A program made the translations under genes and the position numbers. The notes under the pieces are model-generated. The model saw only the letters and a list, made by a program, of their open reading frames with translations, had not been told where the DNA came from and ran no database searches. From an uncultured Gammaproteobacteria bacterium (GTDB taxonomy: Bacteria; Pseudomonadota; Gammaproteobacteria; CAWCPV01), in contig CAWCPV010000004.1 in NCBI GenBank assembly GCA_963797555.1, positions 704,001 through 768,000 on the forward strand: a stretch of 64,000 nt of DNA, read 5' to 3'. Below, piece after piece: positions 43,381 to 55,508 of the stretch. Each line of letters starts with the position of its first letter. The stretch's first letter is position 1.

Positions 43381-44694
43381 GTGAACAGGGTGGAACCGCT
43401 GCCAAGCAACCACGATCCGATCGTCATTCCTCGCTCCGAACACCTGATATCCCGGTCGAACATCAGCGAAGGTGCGCTCAAGGTCCTATACCGCCTCAAG
43501 GGCGGCGGTTACCACGCCTATCTGGTGGGCGGCTGCGTGCGCGATCTGTTGTTGGGACGAGAGCCCAAGGACTTCGACGTAGCCACGGACGCCACTCCGG
43601 AACAGGTCAAAGCGCTGTTCCGCGGCTGCCTGTTGATCGGAAGGCGCTTCCGGCTGGCCCATGTGCGGCAGGGACGAGAAGTTATCGAGGTCGCGACCTT
43701 CAGGGCGGGTCTCGGCACCGAGGACGGCGAAGGCCAGGTCGCGCCGAACGGGCGCATCCTCAGCGACAACGTCTACGGGACTCTAGAGGAAGATGCCTGG
43801 CGCCGGGACTTCACGGTCAATGCCCTGTACTACAACATCCGTGACTTTTCGGTCGTGGACTATGTGGGTGGCATGCAGGACCTCAAGGCTGGCGCGTTGC
43901 GCCTCATCGGCGACCCGCAACGCCGCTACCGTGAAGATCCGGTGCGGATGCTGCGGGCTGTGCGTTTCGCAGCCCGACTCGGTTTCCGGCTGCACCCGCA
44001 GACGGAAGCGCCGCTCGCGGATCTTGGGCATTTGCTGGCGGACGTGCCGCCCGCCCGGCTGTTCGAGGAGGCCCTGAAGCTCTTCCTGGGAGGCTTCGCG
44101 GTTCAGGCATACGAGCTGCTGCGCCAGTATGCGTTGTTCGGGTACCTGTTCCCCATGACCGAGCAGTCCCTGTCCCATGAAGAAGGCGGTTTTCCTCACA
44201 CACTAGTCACCCGAGCGCTGGCCAACACGGACGCCCGGGTCGGGGTGGGCAATCCGGTTACGCCCGCCTTCCTGTTCGCGGCGATGCTTTGGGAACCGGT
44301 CCGGGAACGCCTGTCCTTCCACCGTGAACGCGACAAGAGTGATGCCGAGGCACTGCGACTCGCGGTGTCCGAGGCTCTGATGCAGCAGCGGCACCGGATC
44401 GCCATCCCGCGGCGCATCGCGTTGGTGGCCCAAGAGATTTGGAGTCTGCAACCGCGCTTCCTGTACCGCGCGGGGCGACGGCCGGGACGGCTGCTTGCCC
44501 ACCCACGGTTCCGGGCGGGTTACGATTTTCTAATGCTGCGCGTCGAGTGTGGGGAGGAAGCCGAGGAGGTTGGGCAGTGGTGGACCCAGTTCCAGGAGGC
44601 CACCGAGGAAAAGCGGAGCGCGATGACTCGGGGGGAGCGGGCCGCGGGGCGCCGCCGACGCCGTCCGCGCCGCACCGCCAACACTGCGGGTTAG
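43381..44694 (+). CDS. pcnB: Poly(A) polymerase I
   Basis: LVGGCVRDLLL..KDFDV, IGRRFRLAHV, RRDFTVNAL, EDPVRMLRA; Arg-rich tail. Confidence 0.95.
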   Translation: MNRVEPLPSNHDPIVIPRSEHLISRSNISEGALKVLYRLKGGGYHAYLVGGCVRDLLLGREPKDFDVATDATPEQVKALFRGCLLIGRRFRLAHVRQGREVIEVATFRAGLGTEDGEGQVAPNGRILSDNVYGTLEEDAWRRDFTVNALYYNIRDFSVVDYVGGMQDLKAGALRLIGDPQRRYREDPVRMLRAVRFAARLGFRLHPQTEAPLADLGHLLADVPPARLFEEALKLFLGGFAVQAYELLRQYALFGYLFPMTEQSLSHEEGGFPHTLVTRALANTDARVGVGNPVTPAFLFAAMLWEPVRERLSFHRERDKSDAEALRLAVSEALMQQRHRIAIPRRIALVAQEIWSLQPRFLYRAGRRPGRLLAHPRFRAGYDFLMLRVECGEEAEEVGQWWTQFQEATEEKRSAMTRGERAAGRRRRRPRRTANTAG

Positions 44695-44705
44695 GACTCC
44701 GATTC

Positions 44706-45218
44706 GTGGCGCACAACGGGAGTCCACAGAACCGGGCCTACATCGGTTTGGGCAGCAATCTTGCCGATCCGCATGCACAGATAATGCGCGCCTTGGGTGC
44801 CCTGGACCGGCTCGCGGGGACCCGTGTGGTGGCGCGCTCTGGATTGTACGTCAGTCGCCCGCTTGCGGACCTGCCGCAGCCGGACTACCTGAACGCAGTC
44901 GCGACGGTTGATACCGCCTTGGCTGCCCACCGCCTGCTTCATGAGATGCAGCGCATCGAGCGCGAGCAGGGGCGCGTCCCGGGCGGCGAACGATGGGCTG
45001 CTCGAACCATCGACCTCGATCTCTTGATCTACGGCCAGTCCGTGATCCGATCGGCTTCACTCAGCGTGCCTCACCCGGGACTGTCGCAGCGGGACTTCGT
45101 GCTGCAACCGTTGGCGGAGCTGGCCCCGGACCTCGAGGTCCCGTCACTGGGCAAGGTGCATTCTCTGCTCGAGTCGTGTCCCCGGCGCGGCCTGAGGCGC
45201 ATCGAGGCGTCACGGTGA
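44706..45218 (+). CDS. folK: HPPK (2-amino-4-hydroxy-6-hydroxymethyldihydropteridine pyrophosphokinase)
   Basis: YIGLGSNL, YLNAV, RWAARTIDLDLL, PHP. Confidence 0.95.
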   Translation: MAHNGSPQNRAYIGLGSNLADPHAQIMRALGALDRLAGTRVVARSGLYVSRPLADLPQPDYLNAVATVDTALAAHRLLHEMQRIEREQGRVPGGERWAARTIDLDLLIYGQSVIRSASLSVPHPGLSQRDFVLQPLAELAPDLEVPSLGKVHSLLESCPRRGLRRIEASR

Positions 45219-45877
45219 GCGGACAAGACCGGCAGTACATCGTGGTCGAAGGGCCTATCGGCGTGGGTAAGACGACACTGGCCCGCCGCCTCGCCCAGAG
45301 CCTGGCTGGGGAGGCCCTGCTCGAGCGGGCGGAGGATAACCCGTTCTTGGAGCGCTTCTACCAAGATCCGCGCGTGGCGGCTCTGCCCACGCAGCTCTAC
45401 TTCTTGTTCCAAAGGTCGCGCCAGTTGGCGGCTCTGCGTCAGGGAGATCTGTTTCGGTCCTCGGTGGTGAGCGACTTCATGATGGAAAAGGACCGCTTGT
45501 TCGCCCGGCTGACCTTGGACGAGGACGAGTTTCGCCTCTATGAACAGATTTATGGCTATGTGGCGGTACAGGTGCCTCCCCCCGATCTGGTGGTCTACCT
45601 GCAAGCTCCCGTGCGCGTTCTGCAGGAACGTATCGCGGGAAGGGGTGCCGCCTGGGAGCGGAACATCCCCGCGGGCTACCTCGAACGATTGACGCAGGCG
45701 TACCTCGAGTTCTTCCAGCACTACGAGTCGGCGCCGTTGCTCATCGTGAACGCCGCCGAGGTCGACCTTGCGCACTCCGACACCGATTATGGTTTCTTGC
45801 TGGACCAAATGGAGACCCTGCGCGGCGGCCGCCACTATCTCAACCCAGAGCCTTCCCTCGCTCCATGGGGCGCATAA
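45215..45877 (+). CDS. Deoxynucleoside kinase
   Basis: VVEGPIGVGKTT, NPFLERFY, PDLVVYL. Confidence 0.9.
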   Translation: MSGQDRQYIVVEGPIGVGKTTLARRLAQSLAGEALLERAEDNPFLERFYQDPRVAALPTQLYFLFQRSRQLAALRQGDLFRSSVVSDFMMEKDRLFARLTLDEDEFRLYEQIYGYVAVQVPPPDLVVYLQAPVRVLQERIAGRGAAWERNIPAGYLERLTQAYLEFFQHYESAPLLIVNAAEVDLAHSDTDYGFLLDQMETLRGGRHYLNPEPSLAPWGA

Positions 45878-46656
45878 CCCTGTCGACCTTGCGAGAGATG
45901 AAAGCGGCGGGGGACAAGATCGCCTGCTTGACGGCCTATGATGCCAGCTTCGCGGGGCTGATGGAGGCTGCAGGGGTAGAAGTCCTGCTGGTCGGCGACT
46001 CCCTCGGGATGGTCATCCAGGGTCACGACAGCACCTTGCCGGTGACGCTCGCTGACATGATCTACCATACCCGCTGCGTGCGCCGCGGGTGTCGCAATGC
46101 TTTCCTCGTGGCGGACCTTCCTTTCATGAGCTACGCGACGGTGGCACAGTCGCTCGGCAACGCAGCCCGGCTGCTGCGCGACGGCGGGGCTCACATGGTC
46201 AAGCTGGAAGGGCCGCGGCCGGAGGTGGTGCGGGCCTTGACCCGTCAGGGTATCCCGGTGTGCGGACATCTGGGGCTGCTCCCACAATCGGTGCACAAGC
46301 TCGGGGGTTACCGTGTCCAGGGGCGCGAAGCGGCCTCGGCCGAAACACTGCTTTCCGACGCCGAGGTCCTGCAGGGCGAGGGTGCCGACCTCATGGTGCT
46401 GGAATGTGTTCCGCGCGACCTGGCCGCGCGGGTCACCAGGCGTCTGCGAATACCGGTCATCGGCATTGGTGCTGGGGCCGACTGCGACGGCCAGGTGCTG
46501 GTCTGCTACGACGCGCTCGGCGTAAGTGCCGGTAGGCTGCCGCGTTTCGCGAGGAACTTCCTGCAGGGCGTCCCGAGTGTCGAGGCTGCGGTGTGCAGCT
46601 ACGTCCAGGCAATCAAAGCCGGGGCCTTCCCGGGCACCGAGAACGGCTACGACTGA
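45865..46656 (+). CDS. panB: 3-methyl-2-oxobutanoate hydroxymethyltransferase
   Basis: LTAYD, LVGDSLG, VKLEG, GHLGLLPQ. Confidence 0.97.
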   Translation: MGRITLSTLREMKAAGDKIACLTAYDASFAGLMEAAGVEVLLVGDSLGMVIQGHDSTLPVTLADMIYHTRCVRRGCRNAFLVADLPFMSYATVAQSLGNAARLLRDGGAHMVKLEGPRPEVVRALTRQGIPVCGHLGLLPQSVHKLGGYRVQGREAASAETLLSDAEVLQGEGADLMVLECVPRDLAARVTRRLRIPVIGIGAGADCDGQVLVCYDALGVSAGRLPRFARNFLQGVPSVEAAVCSYVQAIKAGAFPGTENGYD

Positions 46657-47516
46657 TGCGCACTCTGTCCACGGTGCCCGCTGTGCGCAGCGCGGTTCGC
46701 GAGTGGCGCGCCCGCGGCGAGAGTATCGGGCTCGTCGCGACCATGGGCAATCTCCACCGCGGGCACATGCGGCTGGTAGATGAGGCCCGTCAGCGAGTGC
46801 GGCGGCTCGCGGTCAGCATCTTCGTCAACCCCATGCAGTTCGGTCCCCAGGACGATCTCGCGAGCTATCCGCGTACCTTGGCGCAGGACAGCGCACTGCT
46901 CGCCGAACGGAAGGTCGATATCCTGTTCGCGCCGACGGTCGAGGAAATGTACCCCGACGGTATGGAACAGAGCAGTCGCGTCGAGGTTCCGGGGCTGTCC
47001 GACATCTTGTGTGGCCTGCATCGGCCCGGCCACTTCGTCGGCGTCGCTACGGTGGTGACGAAGCTGTTCAACATAGTGCAGCCGGATCTGGCATGGTTCG
47101 GCGAGAAGGATTACCAACAGTTGCTGGTCATTCGGAAGTTGGCGGGTGACCTGAGCATGCCGGTGGACGTTATCGGCGTGCCCACGGTACGGGAGGCGGA
47201 TGGGCTCGCGCTCAGCTCGCGCAACAGCTACCTCACGCCGGACGAGCGCCGCACGGCCCCGCGGTTGTGGGCGAGCCTGCACCAAGCCGCGTTGCGCCTG
47301 CAGGGAGGCGACAAGACATTCGGCGTCTTGGAGGAGGAGGGGAGACGCACCCTGATCGCGGGCGGTCTGCGTCCGGACTACTTCGTTATCCGCAATGCCG
47401 AGAGTCTGGCCCCTGCCGGTCGGGAGGACGCGTCCCTGGTGGTCATGGCCGCGGCCTGGCTCGGCAAGGCGCGACTCATCGACAGCTCCCGCGTGGAGCT
47501 CGAGGCGCTCCGGTAG
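46656..47516 (+). CDS. panC: Pantoate--beta-alanine ligase
   Basis: [34 protein letters not shown]. Confidence 0.97.
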   Translation: MRTLSTVPAVRSAVREWRARGESIGLVATMGNLHRGHMRLVDEARQRVRRLAVSIFVNPMQFGPQDDLASYPRTLAQDSALLAERKVDILFAPTVEEMYPDGMEQSSRVEVPGLSDILCGLHRPGHFVGVATVVTKLFNIVQPDLAWFGEKDYQQLLVIRKLAGDLSMPVDVIGVPTVREADGLALSSRNSYLTPDERRTAPRLWASLHQAALRLQGGDKTFGVLEEEGRRTLIAGGLRPDYFVIRNAESLAPAGREDASLVVMAAAWLGKARLIDSSRVELEALR

Positions 47517-47602
47517 CCCTCCGCGGCTCCTCTGCTACAATACGGGTCCGTGCAGGGAATTCGGGGCAGTCCGCAACTCCTACCGACTCGTCACAGCCAG
47601 CC

Positions 47603-47974
47603 ATGTATCTGACACTGCTCAAAGCCAAGCTCCACCATGCGCGCGTGACCCAGTCCGAGCTGGAATACGAAGGCTCTTGCGCCATAGACGGCGACCTGCT
47701 CGACGCGGCCCGCATCCGCGAGTACGAGCAGATTCATATTTACAACCTGAACAACGGCGAGCGGTTCATTACCTACGCCATCCGTGCGCCGGGGGGCTCC
47801 GGAGTCATCTCGGTCAACGGAGCGGCGGCACGCAAGGCGAGTCCCGGAGACCGCATCATCATCTGCAGCTACACCATGCTGGCTGTGGAGGAGGCCGCTG
47901 GCTTCCAGCCTACTCTGGTGCATCTGGATGAACAAAACCGCGTGATCCGCGATCGGCTGACGCTCTCGGCCTGA
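47603..47974 (+). CDS. panD: Aspartate 1-decarboxylase
   Basis: [13 protein letters not shown] (GS cleavage site), [14 protein letters not shown]. Confidence 0.97.
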   Translation: MYLTLLKAKLHHARVTQSELEYEGSCAIDGDLLDAARIREYEQIHIYNLNNGERFITYAIRAPGGSGVISVNGAAARKASPGDRIIICSYTMLAVEEAAGFQPTLVHLDEQNRVIRDRLTLSA

Positions 47975-48029
47975 GCGGTGTGCGCGCGGCAGCGTGCCAG
48001 GCACTGTTCCTGGCTCGGCGCGAGCATGC

Positions 48030-50892
48030 TCAGCCGGTGTTGCGCATGCCTGCGGAGATGGCGTTGATCGAGCGCAGCAGCGGATCCAGCCAGACATCCC
48101 GCTCGCCGTTGCCCAACGTAGGGTCGCGATAGCGCTTCAGGAGGGCGATCTGGATGTGATTGAGGGGCTCCAGATAGGGGTTGCGACGCATCAGGGAGAG
48201 CGCGAGAGGTCGACTTTCCTCCAGCAGGGCGAAGGCGGACACGACGCTTAGCACCTGATGCACGGTGCGGCGGAATTCGTCGCGAATCATTCGGAAGACG
48301 TGCCGCCCCAGCTCCTTGTCGCGGCAGAGCCAGGCGTACTCCTCGGCAATGCCCGCATCGGCCTTGTACAGGGACATTTGGGTGTTGCTGAGCAAGGCCC
48401 TGAAGAACGGCCACTGGTGGTACATCAACTGCAGCTTGGCCAGCCGCAACGCATCATCCCGGCGCCACTGCTCCAGTGCCGTTCCGATGCCGTACCAGGC
48501 CGGCAGCGTGTGGCGCGCCTGCGCCCAGGCGAAGACCCACGGAATGGCCCGGATAGACGTCTTGGAACGATCGGCCTGGGCGCGGTGCGTGGGGCGCGAA
48601 CCGATGTTGAGCAACGCGATCTCGTGGATCGGTGTCGCCTCGTAGAAGTAATCGAGGATGCCCGGTGTGCGTTCGGTGAGATCCCTGTAGGCAGCCTCAC
48701 CCAGCGCAGCGAGTTCGTCCATGATTCCCAACAAGTCGCGGTGCTCGGCGGGTACTGGGCGTATCACGCTCAGGCTTGCCTTGATGAGGCCGGTCATCCC
48801 CATGGTCAGCTCATACACTGCGGTCTCGGGATTGCTGTATTTGTAGGACAGCACTTCCCCCTGCTCGGTGAACTTGATTTGGCCGTGCACGGTTCCTGGC
48901 GGCTGGGCGAGGATGGACTCGTGCGTGGGACCGCCGCCGCGCCCGATGGTGCCGCCGCGTCCGTGAAACAAACGGCAGCCCACCTGGTGTGCGGCGGTGA
49001 GGGCGGTGATCTTCGTCTGAGCCTCGTAGAGGTTCCACGCCGAGGCCAGGATGCCGCCGTCCTTGGCCGAGTCCGAGTAGCCGAGCATGACCTCCTGCAG
49101 GTTCCCGGATGCTTTGAGCAATGCCACATAGGTCGGGTGGTCGAGAAGAGCGCCGAGCACCCGCTCGACGTGCTCGAGGTCCTCGATAGTCTCGAAGAGC
49201 GGCGCCACCCGGATGCGGCAGAACCAGCCTGCGTCGTCTCTGCCCGCCAAGCCAGCGAAAGCGGCGAGCAGCATGACCTCCATGACGTGGCTGGCGGCGT
49301 GAGTCATGGATATCACGTAGCTGCCGAAAGCGTCCTCCCCAAGCTCCTGACGGGCCTGGGCCATGACTTCGAGGACCGCGAGCGTCTCGCGCGTCTCGGC
49401 GCTCAACTCACCCTTGTTCAGGCGTAAGGTCCCGGACTCTGCAATCGCCAGGGAGAGGACTCCGACACGTTCCTGCTCGGCAAGCTGCCGGTAATCGGTG
49501 CCGTGCGTCAGCCGCAGGATCTCGGCGCAGGCCTCGGTGTGGCGCGCGGAGTCCTGCCGGATGTCGAGCTGCATGAGGTGGAATCCGAAGGTCTCCACGA
49601 GACGGATGAGGTCCTTCAGCTCGGCGTCTGCAATGTGGCCGTCGCCATGGCTCTCGAGGGACTCGCGAATGAGATGCAGATCAGCTAGGAAGCTCGTCGG
49701 GCGACCGGTAACCCTGTGCGTCTTCTCCCGGCTCCGTGCCCGCCAGCCGCGCCTGAACCAGCCGCAGATTGCGCTCGAGCCGGTGACGCATGATGTAGAG
49801 CTTGCGGCGGTACGGTTCGTGGCTGAATTGCCGGGGCCTGTGGCAGAACACCTTTTCGCAAAACTTCTCGTCTCGGCTCAGGCCGTCCAGGAACGCCGCC
49901 GACGGCTGGCACAGGAGGCTGGAGTGGGTGAGGATCTGGCTCAGCCGAATCACCTCCCTGAGGTATTCCTTCAGTATCTGCTCCCCGTGCAGACGCACCG
50001 CCTGTAGAGTGACCTCCGGCGCAACGTGGGGGTTGCCGTCGCGGTCCCCGCCGGTCCAGGACCCGAAACACAGAAAGCTCGGCACGTCGATCCGCGGCTG
50101 AGGCTCCCGGCCCTGGCCGTAGATGCGGCGGACGGCCTTCTCCAGGTTCCGGTAGACGATGGGCACCGCCTGGAACAGGGATTCTCGGAAGAAGTACAAG
50201 CCGTTACGGATCTCGTCCACGACTTCGGGCCGGTGCACCCGAACCTCGTCGGTCTTCCACAACATCTGGATGTGATCCTCCAACCGCTGCGTGAGGTTCT
50301 CCCGATACTCCTTCCCAGCCCGCACCTCGTCCAGCTCTTCACTCAAGACGAAGATGCGGCGCAGCGCAGTCATGACGGTGCGACGCCTGGCCTCGGTGGG
50401 ATGTGCCGTGAATACGGGCATGTAGCACAAGCCGTTGAGCAGTCGCTGCAGATCCCCCGCTCCGATGCCCTGTTTGCGGAAGTCCCTGAGGGTCGCGTCG
50501 AACGAGCCTGTCCACAAGGGGCCACCGGCCCGCACGTAGCGTTGCCGTTCCCGGTACTGGAAAGCTTCCTCGGCGATGTTCACCAGGCTGAAGTAGGTAT
50601 TGAAAGCCCGCACCACATGCGTCAGCGTGTCGGCGTCGAGCTTTTGGATCAGCCCGCTCAGGCGCGCGCGCAGCCTGGCGTCGTCCTTGTCACGGAGCCG
50701 GATATAGCCGCGCCGCAGGGTCTCGACCGCGAGCAGCACCTTCCCCCCAGCCTGGGAGCGCAGCACGTTGCCGAGCAGCGTGCCGAGCAGCTTGACCCGC
50801 GAGCGCAGCTTCTTGTCCTTCGGGAGCAGGTACAGCGCCTGGTCCTCGATGGCGTTACGCCTGGCGGACGGTGGCTGCTGCATCGGTTTCAT
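48030..50892 (-). CDS. ppc: Phosphoenolpyruvate carboxylase; frameshift near 49680
   Basis: VFTAHPT, GGDRDGNP, VMLGYSDSAKDGG, FHGRGGTIGRGG, RAIPWVF, GMRNTG. Confidence 0.93.
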
Positions 50893-50950
50893 GGACCTCA
50901 TGGGGCGATCTGGGGGGGCGGCAGGTCCGGGAGCGCCGCGACGGACGGCC

Positions 50951-52433
50951 TTAGCCGACGGCGGCCTGCTCGCCTCGGCGGATCGCCTGCTGGGCACGCC
51001 GATAGAGCATCAGGTAATGCCACGCAGCCACCTCCCAGCTGAAGTCCTGGGCCATGCCGGTTTCGATGAGCTGGCGCCACAGTGCGGGTTGGCGGTAGAG
51101 GCCGACCGAGCGGCGGACCGCGCGCAGCAGCGCGCCTGCGTCCGGCTCCTCGAATACGACGCCGTTGGCGACGCCGGCCGCGAGATGGTCCTCCGTGGCA
51201 TCCACCACCGTGTCATTCAAGCCACCGGTGCGCCGCACCACGGGAACGGTGCCGTAGCGCAGGCTGTACATTTGATTGAGCCCGCATGGCTCGAAACGAG
51301 ACGGCATCAGCAGCATATCCGCGCCGGCCTCGATGAGATGTGCCAGCCCCTCGTCGAACCCGATATGAGCCGCGACGCGGTCCGGATAGCTGCGTACGGC
51401 GTCACGAACGGCATCCTCGTAACGGGCTTCGCCGCTGCCCAGGATTACGCACTGCACCCTCTCGTGCATCAGCTCGGGGAGGACCGCCAATAGCAGGTCG
51501 GGGCCCTTCTGCTCCACGAGACGGCCGATCATTCCCAGCAGGGGTGCGTCCGGCTTGGGCGGGAGACCGACCCGTGCTTGCAGGGCCTGCTTGTTCACGG
51601 CCTTGCCATCGAGATGATGCCGATCGTAGGTGGCGGCGAGCCATGGATCGTGGGCAGGGTTCCAGAGGGAGGAATCGATGCCGTTGAGTATACCCGAGAG
51701 CTGGGCCGATCGATGGCGTAGCAAACCCTCCAACCCGTACCCGAGGGCCGGCGTCAGGATCTCCCGTGCATAGGTCGGGCTGACGGTACTGAGCAGGTCG
51801 GCGAACACCAGCCCACCCTTCATGAACGAGAGTCGCCCGTAGAATTCCATTGCGTCAGGGGACCACAAGCGCGGCGGCAGCCCCAGGCTCCGAAACGTGT
51901 CCTGGGGGAAGAGCCCCTGGTACGCCAAGTTGTGGATGGTGTAGATGGTCGCCGGACGTGCGCGCTCCTCGTCCAGTAACGCCGGGACCAGTCCGGTTTG
52001 CCAGTCGTGGCAGTGCACCACGTCGGGCTGCCAGCTCAGACCCGCCTGGTCCAGAGCCAGCGCCACGACGACCCGGGCAAAGGCGTCGAAACGCTCCGCG
52101 TTGTCCGGCCAATCTCGGCCGTCCGCACCTACGTACGGATGTCCCGGTCGATCGAAGTAGGCCGGGATATCGACCAGCAGGCACGGAACCCTGCTGCCGG
52201 GCACGATCCCTTGCAGAAGCTGCGGCGCATCCTGCAACCCCGGGATCGGAACGGTGCCGAGCGGAGTCAGGCCATGCATCCGATCCTTGGCCGCCGGGTA
52301 GGCGGGGAGCACCAGCCGGACGTTCCTGCCGAAGTCTGGCCAACGCCGCAGGCAGGCTCCCGCAGACGTCGCCCAGCCCACCGGTCTTGACCAAGGGGTG
52401 GGCCTCGCTGGCGGCGAACAGGATCTTTTGCAT
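50951..52433 (-). CDS. glgA: Glycogen synthase; frameshift near 52335
   Basis: KTGGLGDV, HCHDWQTG, TIHNLAYQG, PSRFEPCGL. Confidence 0.93.
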
Positions 52434-52658
52434 CTCGGGAGCTCCAACTGCGTGTGCGCGGAAGCACAAGTTTCGGTTTTCGGCTTGTAGGTTTCAAGCC
52501 GCCCGTGTTCTACCCCCGTCAGAGGAGACCCGCGGGCGGCGAACGCGAGGTCTGGCATTCGACCGCCAATCATCCCATAATGCGCGGCTGTGGCCCGCGG
52601 CGCGCCACGTGGACCACGCCCATCGCAGAGAGGTTCGGGAGAGAGGAGGAAGCCAGGC

Positions 52659-53930
52659 ATGAGAACTGTCCGGCCTGCGCGTTTCGTCAGCCGGCTCACG
52701 CGTGACACCTTGGCGCTCATCCTGGCCGGAGGCCGAGGTTCTCGTCTCAAGCAGCTCACTCTATGGCGCGCCAAGCCCGCGGTGCCGTTCGGTGGAAAGT
52801 TCCGAATTATCGACTTCACCCTGTCCAACTGCACCAACTCGGGGATTCGCCGCGTGGGCGTCCTGACGCAGTACAAGGCCCATTCGCTCATTCGCCACAT
52901 CCAGCAGGGCTGGGGTTTCCTGCGCGGGGAGTTCGGCGAGTTCGTGGAACTGCTCCCGGCACAGCAGCGCATCGGCACCTCCGCCTGGTATGCCGGAACG
53001 GCGGACGCCGTCTACCAGAATCTGGACATCATCAGGAACTACCAGCCCGAGTACGTGCTGATCCTGGCCGGAGACCACATCTACAAGATGGACTATGGCC
53101 CGCTACTGGCCTACCACGTGGAGCAAAATGCCGACCTCACCGTAGGCTGCGTGGAGGTCCCCGTGGATCACGCCACGGCTTTCGGCGTGATGGCGGTGGA
53201 CGACGATGGCCGCATCCTCGGCTTCGACGAGAAGCCGGCGTGTCCGAGTCCGACGCCGGGCCGTCCGGGGCTGGCGCTCGCTTCGATGGGAATCTACGTA
53301 TTCAATGCCGGATTCCTTTACGAGCAGCTCATCAAGGACTCGGACGACATCAACTCCGCGCACGACTTCGGCAAGGACGTGATTCCCGCAGTCATCGATA
53401 AGTACCGCGTATGCGCTTACCCCTTCCGCGACGTTCAGAGCGGGGAACAGGGCTATTGGCGAGACGTGGGGACGGTGGACGCATACTGGTCGGCGAACCT
53501 GGAGCTGACCGAGGTGGTGCCGCCCCTGAACCTGTACGACGCCGAGTGGCCTATCTGGACCTACCAGGAGCAACTTCCGCCCGCCAAGTTCGTATTCGAC
53601 TACGATGGCCGGCGCGGAATGGCGGTGGACTCCATGGTCTCGGGGGGCTGCATCATCTCCGGGGCCGTACTGCGCCGCTCGCTGTTGTTCTCCAATGTGC
53701 ACGTGGAGGTGAACAGCTACCTCACAGAGGCGGTGATCTTGCCCGATGTCCACATCGGCCCGCGTTGCCGCCTGCACAAGGTCGTGCTCGACAAGGGGGC
53801 CGTGATCCCGGACGGCACGGTGATCGGTTTGGACCACCAGGTCGACAGCAAGCGCTTCTATGTCAGCCCCGGGGGGGTCGTGCTGGTGACTCCGGAGATG
53901 CTCGGCCAGGAGATACATCATGTCCGTTAA
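52659..53930 (+). CDS. glgC: Glucose-1-phosphate adenylyltransferase
   Basis: [39 protein letters not shown]. Confidence 0.97.
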   Translation: MRTVRPARFVSRLTRDTLALILAGGRGSRLKQLTLWRAKPAVPFGGKFRIIDFTLSNCTNSGIRRVGVLTQYKAHSLIRHIQQGWGFLRGEFGEFVELLPAQQRIGTSAWYAGTADAVYQNLDIIRNYQPEYVLILAGDHIYKMDYGPLLAYHVEQNADLTVGCVEVPVDHATAFGVMAVDDDGRILGFDEKPACPSPTPGRPGLALASMGIYVFNAGFLYEQLIKDSDDINSAHDFGKDVIPAVIDKYRVCAYPFRDVQSGEQGYWRDVGTVDAYWSANLELTEVVPPLNLYDAEWPIWTYQEQLPPAKFVFDYDGRRGMAVDSMVSGGCIISGAVLRRSLLFSNVHVEVNSYLTEAVILPDVHIGPRCRLHKVVLDKGAVIPDGTVIGLDHQVDSKRFYVSPGGVVLVTPEMLGQEIHHVR

Positions 53931-53957
53931 CGGTTGTGGCGGCTGGAATTGCGGCCC

Positions 53958-55469
53958 ATGAGCCGGGATGCAAACTCCTGTCCACGGCGGGCGGGGATTC
54001 TGCTGCATCCGACTTCTCTCCCTGGACCCGGCGAGTCAGGCGACGTGGGGTCACAGGCGCACCGCTTTGTGGACTTCCTGGTGCAGGCAGGTCTGAGCGT
54101 CTGGCAGACCCTCCCGCTCGCCCCTGCTCACGAGGGCGGCTCACCTTATCAGTGCCTCTCCGTGCATGCGGGGAGCCCGCTGCTGATCAGCCTGGAGCGG
54201 CTAGCGCAGGACGGATGGCTCAACGCAGCACTGCTTTCGCAGCAGGAGCCCAACCCCCTGGCCAACCGCCAGCGCTGCCTTGCCCAGGCATTGGAAGGCT
54301 TCCGGCAGAAGGGGAGGTCCGAGGACCAGGAGGCATTTGCGGCCTTCAAGGTCGACCACTCGCATTGGCTGGACGACTACGCTCTCTATGTGGCCTTGCG
54401 GCAGCTTTACGAACAGAGATCCTGGAGCGAATGGCCCACGCCGCTGCGCGACCGCGACCCCAATGCCCTCGAGGAGGCGCGGCGGCGCCTCGCTCCGGCC
54501 ATCGACCAGCAGTGTTTCGAGCAGTTCGTGTTCTTTCGGCAGTGGGAGGAGCTGAAGCGTTACGCTAACCAGCGGGGCGTGCTGATGTTCGGAGACATGC
54601 CGATCTTCGTCGCTCACGACAGCGCGGATGTGTGGGCGCGACGGGAGTACTTCGAGCTGGACGAGTGCGGACAGCCCAAGGCGGTGGCAGGTGTTCCGCC
54701 CGACTATTTCTCCGAGAGCGGCCAGCGCTGGGGCAACCCGCTCTACCATTGGCCGCGTCTGGCGGCGGATGGGTTTTCCTGGTGGCTGGAGCGCATGGCC
54801 ACCCAGTTGCGCTTCTTCGACCTGATCCGAGTGGACCACTTCCGCGGATTTCAGGCGTACTGGGCGATCCCTGCCGAAGACGACACGGCGGTCAACGGGC
54901 GCTGGGTGGAAGCTCCCGGGGATGCCCTGTTCGCGGCGTTGCGCGACCATTTCGGTACGCTGCCGCTGGTGGCCGAGGACCTCGGGCTGATCACCCCGGA
55001 GGTGGAGGCATTGCGCGACAAGTACGAGCTGCCCGGGATGAAGGTGCTGCAGTTCGCATTCGACGGCGGGCCCGACAACCCGTATCTGCCGCACCAACAT
55101 ATCCGTCGGTGCGTCATGTACACGGGGACGCACGACAACGATACCACCCTCGGCTGGTTCCAGAGCCTGCCCAAGGATGCCCAGCAGCGCGTACAGGATT
55201 ACCTGGGATGGCCGGCGGAGCCGATGCCCTGGCCGCTGATTCGGGCGGCGTTCGCCTCCGTGGCGGAATTGACCGTGATCCCTCTACAGGACCCACTGAT
55301 GCTCGGGTCCGAGGCGCGCATGAACCGTCCCAGTCTGGACCACGGCAACTGGCGGTGGCGGTTCCGTTGGGATTGGGTGCCTGACGATCTCACGGCGCGT
55401 CTGCGCCACCTGACGGAGATTTACGGCCGCTGTCCAGTGCCGCCGAGGACCGAAGACGCCCCCGGATAG
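53958..55469 (+). CDS. malQ: 4-alpha-glucanotransferase
   Basis: GILLHPTSLP, GVPPDYFS, RVDHFRG, AEDLG, TGTHDNDT. Confidence 0.96.
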   Translation: MSRDANSCPRRAGILLHPTSLPGPGESGDVGSQAHRFVDFLVQAGLSVWQTLPLAPAHEGGSPYQCLSVHAGSPLLISLERLAQDGWLNAALLSQQEPNPLANRQRCLAQALEGFRQKGRSEDQEAFAAFKVDHSHWLDDYALYVALRQLYEQRSWSEWPTPLRDRDPNALEEARRRLAPAIDQQCFEQFVFFRQWEELKRYANQRGVLMFGDMPIFVAHDSADVWARREYFELDECGQPKAVAGVPPDYFSESGQRWGNPLYHWPRLAADGFSWWLERMATQLRFFDLIRVDHFRGFQAYWAIPAEDDTAVNGRWVEAPGDALFAALRDHFGTLPLVAEDLGLITPEVEALRDKYELPGMKVLQFAFDGGPDNPYLPHQHIRRCVMYTGTHDNDTTLGWFQSLPKDAQQRVQDYLGWPAEPMPWPLIRAAFASVAELTVIPLQDPLMLGSEARMNRPSLDHGNWRWRFRWDWVPDDLTARLRHLTEIYGRCPVPPRTEDAPG

Positions 55470-55508
55470 GAGCCGCACCCCTTCGGGGGAGCGGCGGCCG
55501 GGCGGCCG